A stretch of 64,000 nt of DNA from a virus: positions 32,001-96,000 of IMG/VR virus record IMGVR_UViG_3300033485_000001, one strand, 5' to 3'. This document shows, in pieces, positions 8,013 through 15,887 of this stretch. The notes under the pieces are model-generated. The model made no database searches. It was not told where the DNA came from and saw only the letters and a list, made by a program, of their open reading frames with translations. Both the position numbers and the translations under genes were made by a program. Within the stretch, counting starts at the first letter, position 1. Each line of letters begins with the position of its first letter.

Positions 8013-8314
8013 GCCGCCACGCACTCCTGAACTTCCCCTGGGGCAGCCAGGTCGGTTCCTCTTGCAGCCACGCAGAGCTCCAGGTCGCGGCGGAGACCGA
8101 CGAGGACCTGCTGCTCGAAATCGAGAAGGTGCTCGAGCGGTACTACCTCCAGTTCTTCAAGGGCAAGCCCAACGAGGTCCAGTTCTGCATCTGCGAGGAC
8201 GGCGAGCCCGTGAACCTGACCAGGATCGGAGACAGGTATGATGTAAAGACCAGCATCACGATGATGCTGGTGCCGAAGATCGAGAAGAGGAAGGCCAAGC
8301 GCAAGGAGGAGTGA
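8009..8314 (+). CDS. Hypothetical protein
   Basis: ATGA overlap with the upstream gene; 101 aa. Confidence 0.7.
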   Translation: MSRHALLNFPWGSQVGSSCSHAELQVAAETDEDLLLEIEKVLERYYLQFFKGKPNEVQFCICEDGEPVNLTRIGDRYDVKTSITMMLVPKIEKRKAKRKEE

Positions 8315-8315
8315 G

Positions 8316-8825
8316 ATGAAGGTGAGAGGAAGGATGAGGTGTCCCACCTGCGGGGCGAGATGGTCTCTGGTTGGTGAGATCAAGGACAACGACGAGCTCT
8401 GTCCGAGCTGCCACCAGGTCGGCAACATCGAGACCGACACCAAGGGCGTCTTCGACAAGTGCAGCACCCCATCGCCGGCGGCCGAGAGCCAGGAGCGTCC
8501 TCCGCTGCCAATCTCTCAGGAGATCATCCGGCTCGCCACGAAGCTCTACGCCGAGCGGGTCAGGGAGTTCGAGCGAAGCCTGGACGACAACCAGCGGAAG
8601 TCGATAGGCTATGCTGTGGAGCGGACGCTGCACGCGCTGAAGCTGTGGTCGGATCTCCTCGAGCGTGTCGGCCTCCCGCTCGAGGAGGATCTGGACTTGG
8701 CGGCGGAGACCGTGAGCCCGAGGGCGATGGAGACGCTTCGGGTGAAGATCGATTCGGTGTTCGGAGAGGCTTCGAGCCTCCGAAAGACGTTCGAGAGCAT
8801 CCAGCGATGTGGGAGGCCAGGGTGA
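8316..8825 (+). CDS. Zinc-ribbon protein
   Basis: CPTCG...CPSCH near N-terminus; GGAG SD. Confidence 0.75.
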   Translation: MKVRGRMRCPTCGARWSLVGEIKDNDELCPSCHQVGNIETDTKGVFDKCSTPSPAAESQERPPLPISQEIIRLATKLYAERVREFERSLDDNQRKSIGYAVERTLHALKLWSDLLERVGLPLEEDLDLAAETVSPRAMETLRVKIDSVFGEASSLRKTFESIQRCGRPG

Positions 8826-9145
8826 GCTACGTGAGAGGTGCGGACGGACAGGTGATCGAGTTCACCGGACGACAGGTCCGGAAGAACTACGACAAGGCCG
8901 AGAAGAGGGCGGAACCAGTGGAGGAGCATCGGGCTTCTCCATTGGTACTGATCACAGGCAGGATCCTGAAGCCGCTCACGGCCTACATCAGGAAGCGGTT
9001 TGGGGTCAAGAGCATCACCGGCCAGGCGTCGTTCGGGAACGAGGGCTACGACTTCTGGATCTCCGTTGCCCTGGAGGACAACACCCAGTGGGCGGGCATG
9101 TTCTGCGAGTCTCCTGGCCGGAAGTTCAAGGTGTGGCGCGGATGA
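8822..9145 (+). CDS. Hypothetical protein
   Basis: GTGA overlap start at 8822 with GGGAGG SD. Confidence 0.65.
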   Translation: MSYVRGADGQVIEFTGRQVRKNYDKAEKRAEPVEEHRASPLVLITGRILKPLTAYIRKRFGVKSITGQASFGNEGYDFWISVALEDNTQWAGMFCESPGRKFKVWRG

Positions 9146-9504
9146 CGATCGCAACGAAGAACGAGGTGACGGTGCGTGGATTCGTCGGGCGGTACATCCA
9201 CTTCCCGAGGAAGCGAGGAGATCCTGTCAGGTTCGACGTCGGGACCATCGAGCGGTTCAGGACCGAGGACGGAGAGCTGATCACGTCCAAGAACTGGCAC
9301 ACCATCAAGACGTTCGACGTCGGACAGGTGGAGGACATCGGGGCCGGCGACGTGGTGGAGGTCAGCGGTCGCATGGACACGGTCCTGGTGAACAAGGTCA
9401 AGGTGGTGGAGGTCGTGGCCGACAAGATCGAGATCCTCCTCACTCAGGCTCAACGCGACCTGCTACGAGATGGGAAGAAAGAACCCGATGATCTCGAGGA
9501 GTAG
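9142..9504 (+). CDS. ssb: Single-stranded DNA-binding protein-like (OB fold)
   Basis: NEVTVRGFVG, RFDVGT, NWHTIKTF, GDVVEVSGRMDT, EVVADKIEIL match the SSB pattern; short acidic tail. Confidence 0.75.
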   Translation: MTIATKNEVTVRGFVGRYIHFPRKRGDPVRFDVGTIERFRTEDGELITSKNWHTIKTFDVGQVEDIGAGDVVEVSGRMDTVLVNKVKVVEVVADKIEILLTQAQRDLLRDGKKEPDDLEE

Positions 9505-9506
9505 CA

Positions 9507-9540
9507 AAGACGTCCGGCCCAGCGCCGGACGTCTTCTTAG
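9507..9540 (+). terminator. Intrinsic terminator-like hairpin
   Basis: AAGACGTCCGGC-CCAGC-GCCGGACGTCTT (12 bp perfect stem) followed by CTTAG. Confidence 0.75.
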
Positions 9541-9553
9541 ATTGTGAGGAGAC

Positions 9554-10660
9554 GTGGAGAAGGAAGAATCTCAGGAGATCTTGGTGCAGCTCGCGCAGTA
9601 CACGGCGGCCATCTGCAAGGCCCTCAACGTCCCATACGAGCAGGCTGGGAGGAACCACAGCGGTCCATTCGCTGAAGGCAGGCCGTTCGGTGCCATCAAC
9701 CACTACACGGCCTCGAACGCGGCGGTCTCGAGGCTCAAGCCCTACGGCCGCATCCCGGTCCTGCTCGAGCGGTTCGCTCGCGGGGCGAAGCAGGGCGTAG
9801 GCGTCCACTTCATCGTGTGGGACGCGATCGTTCCCCAGTTCAAGGAGATCAGGAACAAGTACTTGCTCATCAAGGACATGCCGTCCGAGATCTTCTACTT
9901 CGGCGACGACCTGGCCTTCTGGCACGCCGGCTGGGTGAACAGCTGGTGCTATGGCGTCGAGATCAGGAACTGCGGCCAGCTCGTCCACAAGAACGGCGTC
10001 TACTTCTGGGGCAACGGGCAGAATCGCTACCAGGGCCGCACCCCCATCAAGGTCGGCAACTCCTGGTGGGAGCCGTACACCAGAGGTCAGATGGCTTCGA
10101 CCCTATGGATCCATCGTCTGATGGCAGCTGTCCATCCGATCAGGCCGGAGTGGTTCCTGGGTCACACGCACGTCTCGAACACCAGGATCGACCCAGGTCC
10201 GCACTTCCCGATCCACGAGATGCGGGAATTCGCGCTCATGAACGACGAGGCGATCGAGACCAACGACTTCCTGAAGGAGTTCTCTGACGAGGGCACCGCC
10301 AGGGAGGAGACGTGGGTCAGCGAGGACTCGCTCCACAAGGGCCTCTACCGCAACGACTGGGACGGCGTCGACAAGTCCTTCAACCCGGACACCGTCGAGT
10401 ACGATGGCGACGGGATCAACGATGTGGCCACTGTCATGAAGGTCAAGAAGGACCTGCGCTCCATCGGCTACTACCCCGACGAGACAGACGCCGGCACCGT
10501 CACGGCTCGCTTCATGGACACGATCCGTGCCTTCCAGGGCCGCTGGAAGATCCGTGGGCCTCGCGGCCAGTTCGTGAACGAGCTCCCCATCACCGGGAAG
10601 CTCGATGAGGCGACGCTCAAAAAGATCGAGATCATGGTGAACCACCACACGAAGATGTGA
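9554..10660 (+). CDS. N-acetylmuramoyl-L-alanine amidase (Amidase_2) with C-terminal peptidoglycan-binding domain; endolysin
   Basis: INHYTA, WHAG.VNSWCYGVEI, LGH...RIDPGPHFP; C-terminal VKKDLRSIGYY...G..T...IRAFQ...TGKLDEAT. Confidence 0.88.
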   Translation: MEKEESQEILVQLAQYTAAICKALNVPYEQAGRNHSGPFAEGRPFGAINHYTASNAAVSRLKPYGRIPVLLERFARGAKQGVGVHFIVWDAIVPQFKEIRNKYLLIKDMPSEIFYFGDDLAFWHAGWVNSWCYGVEIRNCGQLVHKNGVYFWGNGQNRYQGRTPIKVGNSWWEPYTRGQMASTLWIHRLMAAVHPIRPEWFLGHTHVSNTRIDPGPHFPIHEMREFALMNDEAIETNDFLKEFSDEGTAREETWVSEDSLHKGLYRNDWDGVDKSFNPDTVEYDGDGINDVATVMKVKKDLRSIGYYPDETDAGTVTARFMDTIRAFQGRWKIRGPRGQFVNELPITGKLDEATLKKIEIMVNHHTKM

Positions 10661-10794
10661 GGTTGGTTGCGCGAGCTCGTGCGATTCTGCTAGGCTATCT
10701 ACTTGCCATGATCACACTGGTCACCGGCAGGTAGAATCTCAATACAGCTGAAGCTCAGGGTGATCCACGTGAGGTGGCGAGAAGGAGGTCTGGG

Positions 10795-11775
10795 ATGGGT
10801 AAGATCATCCCGAGGTTGCTGGCGCTTGTCAGCATGGTATTGGCAGCCGTCGTCGCCTTGTCGTTCTCCACTTGCACCGTTCCGGTGCTCGAGGAGAGCG
10901 ACGGCGGTGACGTCCAGAAAGGGATCGGCGACCCGGCGATCACCTCTCAGGAGGAAGAGGAGCCGGAAGCCGTCCAGAAGGTGTTGACGTGGGAAGACGT
11001 CGGCAGGGAGATACAGGACTCTCTGTCGGACTCCTGGCCAACGATCGACAGCGGGCAGATGTACGACCCCGCGTCGGTCATTCTGCGGTTCGCCGAGGAT
11101 CGGGACATGGATCCCGTCATCGCAGCGGACGAGTACGCAGACCTGGCCAATACGATCCTGGACATGCAGCCGGACTTCGTCGCCGGTCGTGAAGGAGGCT
11201 TCCAGCGTGCCCTCCTGGTTGCGCTGGACATCTACCGGGGCACCCACGAGATGCGAGACGTACCCTGCGCGCAGCTCGTGGAAGACTTCGAGGGAGAGGA
11301 GGGACAGGTACCAAGGATCAACGCCTACGTCATGGCGGCGATGGGATACAGGGAGTCTCGGTTCATGGAGCGCACAGAGCGCGGGTACCTGCGGACCAAG
11401 AACGGGCAGAAGGTTGAGAACTGCCGCTGGTGTCGCGGATCCCTCGGCGAGCAGGGCATGTTCCAGTTCATGCCCAACGGCTGGGCGCAGGCCCAGATGC
11501 CTCGAGGCTGTAGCCCGTTCGACCGGATGTGCAGCGTCCGAGGGGCTGCCAAGACCCTGGCGGTCATCAGGTGCATGTGCATCGAGCAGTTCGGCCAGAA
11601 GTGCACGGTGGACTCCTACGTCGCCGGCTACGGCGCGGGCAAGGTCCCGGACCCAGCCTACGCCAGCGGCTACAAGAGCGTCGTCAGGGCGCGAGGGTTC
11701 CTCTGTGAGGTCAGGCAGGACTGCGACGATTTCTGGCCGCGCGACTCCGACGAAGACTTCGCCCTCACCCTTTGA
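10795..11775 (+). CDS. Lytic transglycosylase (SLT-like) with N-terminal membrane anchor
   Basis: AAGGAGG SD; hydrophobic N-terminus; AAMGYRESRF, GEQGMFQFMP, SVRGAAKTL, SYVAGYG. Confidence 0.8.
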   Translation: MGKIIPRLLALVSMVLAAVVALSFSTCTVPVLEESDGGDVQKGIGDPAITSQEEEEPEAVQKVLTWEDVGREIQDSLSDSWPTIDSGQMYDPASVILRFAEDRDMDPVIAADEYADLANTILDMQPDFVAGREGGFQRALLVALDIYRGTHEMRDVPCAQLVEDFEGEEGQVPRINAYVMAAMGYRESRFMERTERGYLRTKNGQKVENCRWCRGSLGEQGMFQFMPNGWAQAQMPRGCSPFDRMCSVRGAAKTLAVIRCMCIEQFGQKCTVDSYVAGYGAGKVPDPAYASGYKSVVRARGFLCEVRQDCDDFWPRDSDEDFALTL

Positions 11776-11793
11776 TCTGCTACAAGGAGGTCT

Positions 11794-12480
11794 GTGAAGA
11801 AGGAACGGCTCGTCATCGGAATCGACGAGGTGGGCCTCGGTCCCATCGCAGGACCAGTGGTTACCGCCGCCGTCGTCATGTACGAAGATCAACTAATCAA
11901 GGGCGTACGGGACTCGAAGAAGGTCTCCGAGAACCGACGCATGGACCTGGTCCACGACATCGACAAGCAGTCCCTCTTCTGGGTGATGGCCCAGTCCAGC
12001 TCGAAGATGATCGACAGGTACGGAATCAGGCTCTGCAACCGTGTGTGCATGAAGTGGTGCGCCAAGGTGGCGCTGAGCAGGTACCCGGATGCCATGGTCA
12101 TCGTCGACGGAGTCGATCCCATCTTGGGAGTCCCGAACCATCGGCAGCGAGTGATCATCAAGGCCGACGACAAGTTCGCCTCCGTCGGCGCGGCATCCAT
12201 CATGGCCAAGGTGTTCAGGGACAAGTACATGGTCCACCTCAGCACCCTCTGGCCGGAGTACCTGTTCCACAACCACAAAGGATATGGCACTCGGGATCAC
12301 ATCACCCAGTTGAACAAGTACGGACCGTGCCCGGAGCACAGACGGAGCTTCGGCCCGGTCAAGAAGGCTATGAAGAAGGGAGCGAAAGATGGTCACAACG
12401 ATCACGATGACGAGAGCGCAGCTCAAGGAGATGGAGGAGATCGACATCTTCAGCGACGACTGGTTCGAGCGACTGGCTGA
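11794..12480 (+). CDS. rnhB: Ribonuclease HII
   Basis: GIDEVGLGPIAGPVV, VRDSKK, IVDG, KADDK...AASIMAKVFRD, HKGYGT, HRRSF. Confidence 0.95.
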   Translation: MKKERLVIGIDEVGLGPIAGPVVTAAVVMYEDQLIKGVRDSKKVSENRRMDLVHDIDKQSLFWVMAQSSSKMIDRYGIRLCNRVCMKWCAKVALSRYPDAMVIVDGVDPILGVPNHRQRVIIKADDKFASVGAASIMAKVFRDKYMVHLSTLWPEYLFHNHKGYGTRDHITQLNKYGPCPEHRRSFGPVKKAMKKGAKDGHNDHDDESAAQGDGGDRHLQRRLVRATG

Positions 12481-12679
12481 CATCACGGAGTGCCCGCCGG
12501 CGACGCTGCGGGACAGAATCCCGGACACGTCGTTCGTCGACTACGTGGCTGCGCGGGATGCCAAGACCAGGGCCAAGCACGGCTGGAAGAGGCCGAGGGG
12601 GGCCGCTGAGCGCGACATCCTGTGGTTCGTCACCCCGGTGCCGCAGAAGGACAGCGGAGTGATGCGCTACATCGAGTAG
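12389..12679 (+). CDS. Hypothetical protein
   Basis: AAGGGAG SD; overlaps the rnhB tail. Confidence 0.7.
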   Translation: MVTTITMTRAQLKEMEEIDIFSDDWFERLADITECPPATLRDRIPDTSFVDYVAARDAKTRAKHGWKRPRGAAERDILWFVTPVPQKDSGVMRYIE

Positions 12680-12688
12680 AATGGAGGT

Positions 12689-12925
12689 ATGAGGTTTCAC
12701 AAGAAGATCGGCCTCCTCGAGTTCAAACTGATCTGTGTCCACTGTGGAGCGGAGCAGCGGATGACGGATTACGCGAACCTGAACCTGGGCGACGTCATCC
12801 ACCCAGGTGTCGGAGGAAACGCGGAGTACGGACGCTGCAAGCAATGCCGCAAGGGGGGTCTGAAGGTCGTCGATCGCGCCGACCTCAGACCCCCCACCTC
12901 CGACCCCCCGTACCACCCCTTTTAG
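12689..12925 (+). CDS. Small zinc-ribbon protein
   Basis: GGAGGT SD; CVHCG...CKQC. Confidence 0.75.
   Translation: MRFHKKIGLLEFKLICVHCGAEQRMTDYANLNLGDVIHPGVGGNAEYGRCKQCRKGGLKVVDRADLRPPTSDPPYHPF
12853..12895. terminator. Long hairpin at a convergent gene junction
   Basis: GGGGGGTCTGAAGGTCG (12853-12869) pairs with CGACCTCAGACCCCCC (12880-12895): 16 bp with one bulge. Confidence 0.55.
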
Positions 12926-12929
12926 CTGA

Positions 12930-13214
12930 TCATGCGTCGATGTCTTCGCTCTGGTCGAAGAGCGGGAACGTGCCCTCCGGTGAGACCACCTGGAGCTTCT
13001 TGGACTTCTCCTCGACGTCGTCGACCATCTCCCGGAGCTGGCTCGTCCGCCGCTTGAGCTTTCGGATGTCTCGCTCGATCTCTCGCTTCTCCGATCCCAC
13101 GGCGTAGCCCAGCGCCGTGCCCAGTGCGACGAACCCAAGCCCGAGGAGTCCGAAGGCGACGACAGTCCCAGTGCCAGACTTCCTCTCGGGTTCTTTCTTG
13201 GCGGTCCTCTTCAT
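12930..13214 (-). CDS. Single-pass membrane protein with coiled coil
   Basis: GGAGGAG SD; TM segment GTVVAFGLLGLGFVALGTALGYAV then heptads; has its own promoter. Confidence 0.75.
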   Translation of the reverse strand: MKRTAKKEPERKSGTGTVVAFGLLGLGFVALGTALGYAVGSEKREIERDIRKLKRRTSQLREMVDDVEEKSKKLQVVSPEGTFPLFDQSEDIDA

Positions 13215-13234
13215 GGTCTCCTCCATGATCACCT

Positions 13235-13332
13235 AAGAAAGGAGGCTCGGACTCCAATCTCCGCCCTGTTGGGCAAGGAGGTGCATTTTGAGGGTCCGGC
13301 CTCCGAGACCAGGAAACATTCTTGGCCTCAGT
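13235..13332 (-). ncRNA. Candidate structured leader or small RNA with two anti-SD copies
   Basis: Directly behind the TATAAG promoter; 5' hairpin, 11-bp long-range stem GGAGGCCGGAC/GUCCGAGCCUCC, inner hairpin, ends UUUCUUAG. Confidence 0.55.
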
Positions 13333-13343
13333 GATCTTATACC
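13333..13343 (-). promoter_or_regulatory. GGTATAAGATC promoter-like motif
   Basis: Reverse-strand exact copy; shares GGTATAAGATCACTGAGG with the 21798 copy. Confidence 0.75.
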
Positions 13344-13365
13344 ACGACCATCATACCCTTTTTTC

Positions 13366-13394
13366 TTGACCTGTCCACCCATCGGGTGTACACC
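13366..13394 (+). promoter_or_regulatory. Sigma70-like promoter TTGACC-N17-TACACC (TG-extended)
   Basis: -35 at 13366-13371, 17-nt spacer ending TG, -10 at 13389-13394; divergent from the 13333 promoter. Confidence 0.6.
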
Positions 13395-13401
13395 GGGATC
13401 C

Positions 13402-13887
13402 GTGGGACTGCTCACCCTAGACCAGATCGAGAACGTCTGGGAGAAGAAGGGACTCAAGCACAGGGCTCGGAGGTTCAGGAAGTTCCTCATCAGCATGGGC
13501 TTGGGTCCGATGATCGTGAGCGAGGATGTCTTCCTCCGTCACATCCATGACGAGTTCCTGATCAACTTCTTCGTGAGAGGAGTTCAAGAGGATGCAAGAG
13601 GACAACAGCGGTTCCCCTCCGATGAGTCCAACTCAGGCGGCGAAGGCAAAGGCGCAGGGCCAGATGCAGAGAGGCGGGGGAGCTCCGGTGGTGCAGAAGG
13701 GGCCGGCGCAGGTCCAGATGCAGCCGCCCCCGCAGCCCAAGGGTCCGCAGGGCGTCTCGATGCAGCAGCTGGCGAGCCAGCTCCGCCCGGAGTCGAACAA
13801 GCAGGCAAGGTCCCCAGAGGAGATCCAGGCGGACATGCAGCGTCTGGCCGAGGGCATCAAGCGCCACGAGGTCGCCGCCAAGGGTGA
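13402..13887 (+). CDS. Hypothetical protein, probably leaderless; 3' part overlaps the tail chaperone gene
   Basis: GTG at the predicted transcription start; first about 65 codons have typical usage (LTLDQIENVWEKKG...); last 296 nt overlap ORF 13592 in another frame. Confidence 0.5.
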   Translation: MGLLTLDQIENVWEKKGLKHRARRFRKFLISMGLGPMIVSEDVFLRHIHDEFLINFFVRGVQEDARGQQRFPSDESNSGGEGKGAGPDAERRGSSGGAEGAGAGPDAAAPAAQGSAGRLDAAAGEPAPPGVEQAGKVPRGDPGGHAASGRGHQAPRGRRQG

Positions 13888-14434
13888 CGAGGAGCCCGAA
13901 GCCGAGGAGAAGAAGTCGGACGACGACGACGGGGACAACCTCCACGAGTGGCTCTCCGAGCCGAGCACGATGGATCTCTTCAACAACGCCCGCTACAAGA
14001 AGAAGGTGGAGTCCCACCTCGAGAAGATGGACGTGGAGAGCCTCATCATGCACGGCGAGGTCCTCCAGTTCGTCCCGATCCTCATGAAGAAGGGCAGCCC
14101 GCAGCCTCGCATCTCGGCGACCTTCAGGTCGGTCTCCGCCATGGAGGACCTGGCCATCAAGAAGAGGTTCTACGACGAGGAGGGTCCCGATCGGTTCATG
14201 ATCGATCGGTACTCTTTGATGAACCTCTGCATCGGGCTGAAGTCCCTGAACGGCACCGAGCAGCCGCCGCACCTCGACGAGAACGGCAAGTTCGACGACG
14301 CCGGCTTCAAGAAGAAGTTCGAGAAGCTGCTCAAGATGCCACACCAGCTCCTCGCACTCCTGGTCGTCAACTACATCTGGTTCGACGAGCGGGTGCGGAA
14401 GCTCCTCGTCGCGGACGAGTTGGGAAATGGTTAG
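13592..14434 (+). CDS. Tail assembly chaperone (gpG-like) with Q/P-rich N-terminus
   Basis: ATFRSVSAMEDLAI...YSLMNLCIGLKSLNG...KKFEKLLKMP chaperone-like core; ends at slippery heptamer GGGAAAT. Confidence 0.75.
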   Translation: MQEDNSGSPPMSPTQAAKAKAQGQMQRGGGAPVVQKGPAQVQMQPPPQPKGPQGVSMQQLASQLRPESNKQARSPEEIQADMQRLAEGIKRHEVAAKGDEEPEAEEKKSDDDDGDNLHEWLSEPSTMDLFNNARYKKKVESHLEKMDVESLIMHGEVLQFVPILMKKGSPQPRISATFRSVSAMEDLAIKKRFYDEEGPDRFMIDRYSLMNLCIGLKSLNGTEQPPHLDENGKFDDAGFKKKFEKLLKMPHQLLALLVVNYIWFDERVRKLLVADELGNG

Positions 14435-14850
14435 CGACCCCGCTAGGCTGGGCGCGGGCCAACGTCATCTACGACAAGATGGTGGGTCCGCCCGAACCGG
14501 GGTCCGTCATGGAGGCCCTCTGCTTGATGGTGCAGATACGCCGCGAGCTGAAGGAGCTCTATGCCACCCACGCCGTTGTCCAGGCGGTGTGGACGTCTCG
14601 ACATCCAGACAACGAGGACACCGGAGACGGAGTCCGATCGTCGTTCGAGTCCTACAAGAACGCGCTGATGCCCTATCTGAAGAACGAGATCAAGAGGGAG
14701 CACGACAAGATCGTTGAGGCCATGAACGAGGAAGCACGAAGAGGCCCGATGGTGGTAACGGCGATCGCTCCGATGAGAGTGAGCAGCAAGCTCCGTCAGC
14801 GTGTGCTCAAGGAGGTCAACCAGCCTCCGGTCCGGAGGAAGGGATGGTGA
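14422..14850 (+). CDS. -1 frameshift extension of tail assembly chaperone (gpT-like)
   Basis: G GGA AAT at 14422-14428 in the zero frame, 6 nt before the stop; the -1 frame continues GKWLATPLGWARANVIYD... with no suitable own start. Confidence 0.75.
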   Translation, partial: GKWLATPLGWARANVIYDKMVGPPEPGSVMEALCLMVQIRRELKELYATHAVVQAVWTSRHPDNEDTGDGVRSSFESYKNALMPYLKNEIKREHDKIVEAMNEEARRGPMVVTAIAPMRVSSKLRQRVLKEVNQPPVRRKGW

Positions 14851-15179
14851 TCTGTCCCCACTGCGCCTACCCTTACGTGGGTGGCGCGAACGTCATCGCC
14901 GAGCGTGACGTGACCTGTAGCCGGTGCAACTGGTCCGGGTCGTCGTCGAAGTTGCTCATCGTGGACGACGACAAGGTCCTTGACCCACGAGTGTTCGACG
15001 AGCTCTACAAGTTCCTCCACAAGGAGATCGCCCCCATCGTCGGCAGGACCCTGATGCAGCTCAAGCTCGTGTCAGTGGATCAGAACCCCGAGAACATCCA
15101 CCGGGTCGGGACGATCCTGCGTGACTACACGGGGGCTGGATTCGAGGCCATCGTTCGAGGAGTGCTGACAGATGGATGA
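14844..15179 (+). CDS. Zinc-ribbon protein
   Basis: CPHC...CSRC; GGAGGAAGGG SD. Confidence 0.75.
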   Translation: MVICPHCAYPYVGGANVIAERDVTCSRCNWSGSSSKLLIVDDDKVLDPRVFDELYKFLHKEIAPIVGRTLMQLKLVSVDQNPENIHRVGTILRDYTGAGFEAIVRGVLTDG

Positions 15180-15417
15180 GCCGAAGATCGTTCTACCGAA
15201 CCCGCCGCGCAGCACGTACTGCTGGCTGCACAGCGATCGCCTGTGCTCCGGGGACTGCGAGGCGTTCGATCCGTTCGCCGCTCAAGATGAGCAGGGAAAG
15301 AGGACAGCATGCAGACTGGTCAACAGCCTGGAGAGCCTGGGGAAGGCGTTCGTGACGATGGCCAGGTCAGGCAAGAAGATGCCGGGATCGGAGCTGAATC
15401 CCCCGAAGGTGACATAA
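15172..15417 (+). CDS. Small Cys-rich protein
   Basis: CWLH..RLCSGDC...ACRL. Confidence 0.7.
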   Translation: MDEPKIVLPNPPRSTYCWLHSDRLCSGDCEAFDPFAAQDEQGKRTACRLVNSLESLGKAFVTMARSGKKMPGSELNPPKVT

Positions 15418-15887
15418 TCTTCGGGATCATCAGCATCGGCTCTCATGACACGATCGGGTCAGGTGGTCGTCGCACGGGTTACATGATGGGGATCGTGGAT
15501 TCGGCCGGGCAGAAGTTCTACGTCGACATCCCCGAGAGCACCTACCGGGACTTGGTGGGCATCTACGCCGTGACCGTCCAGAAGTTCCAGGACGTCTCGA
15601 TGGGTGTCTCTCGCCCAGAGCAGCCGACCGTGGTGCCGCCGTCAGAGGAATCTCCGACTGGGACGCCGGCGGAGGTGGAGCAGATGCGTCGCATGATGCT
15701 GGAGGCCACGCAAGCTGCCAGTCCCGACGACGTCATGAAGAAGCTCGGCTTCGTGTCGGACGACGTGATGCAGCAGCCAGTGGCTACCTCGGATCCGGTG
15801 GAGGACCTGCTCGCGATGGCCTCCGACGATGAGGATTACGAGGACCCTGGTGAGGGGAGCTTCACTGAGGATGTGGAGGAGATCTGA
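15414..15887 (+). CDS. Hypothetical protein with acidic C-terminus (start uncertain)
   Basis: Coding-like from about 15414 (IIFGIISIGSH...); first in-frame ATG after that is near 15483. Confidence 0.65.
   Translation: MIFGIISIGSHDTIGSGGRRTGYMMGIVDSAGQKFYVDIPESTYRDLVGIYAVTVQKFQDVSMGVSRPEQPTVVPPSEESPTGTPAEVEQMRRMMLEATQAASPDDVMKKLGFVSDDVMQQPVATSDPVEDLLAMASDDEDYEDPGEGSFTEDVEEI

Noticed and set aside
13288-13401. TTG 13288 as the start of the 199-aa ORF
   Set aside because: The SD is good, but the extension runs through two divergent promoters and a T-tract and is not coding-like; GTG 13402 is preferred.
14427-14717. Independent ORF starting at ATG 14427
   Set aside because: This frame gives an Arg/Gly-rich shadow product; the coding-like frame is the -1 extension 14422-14850.
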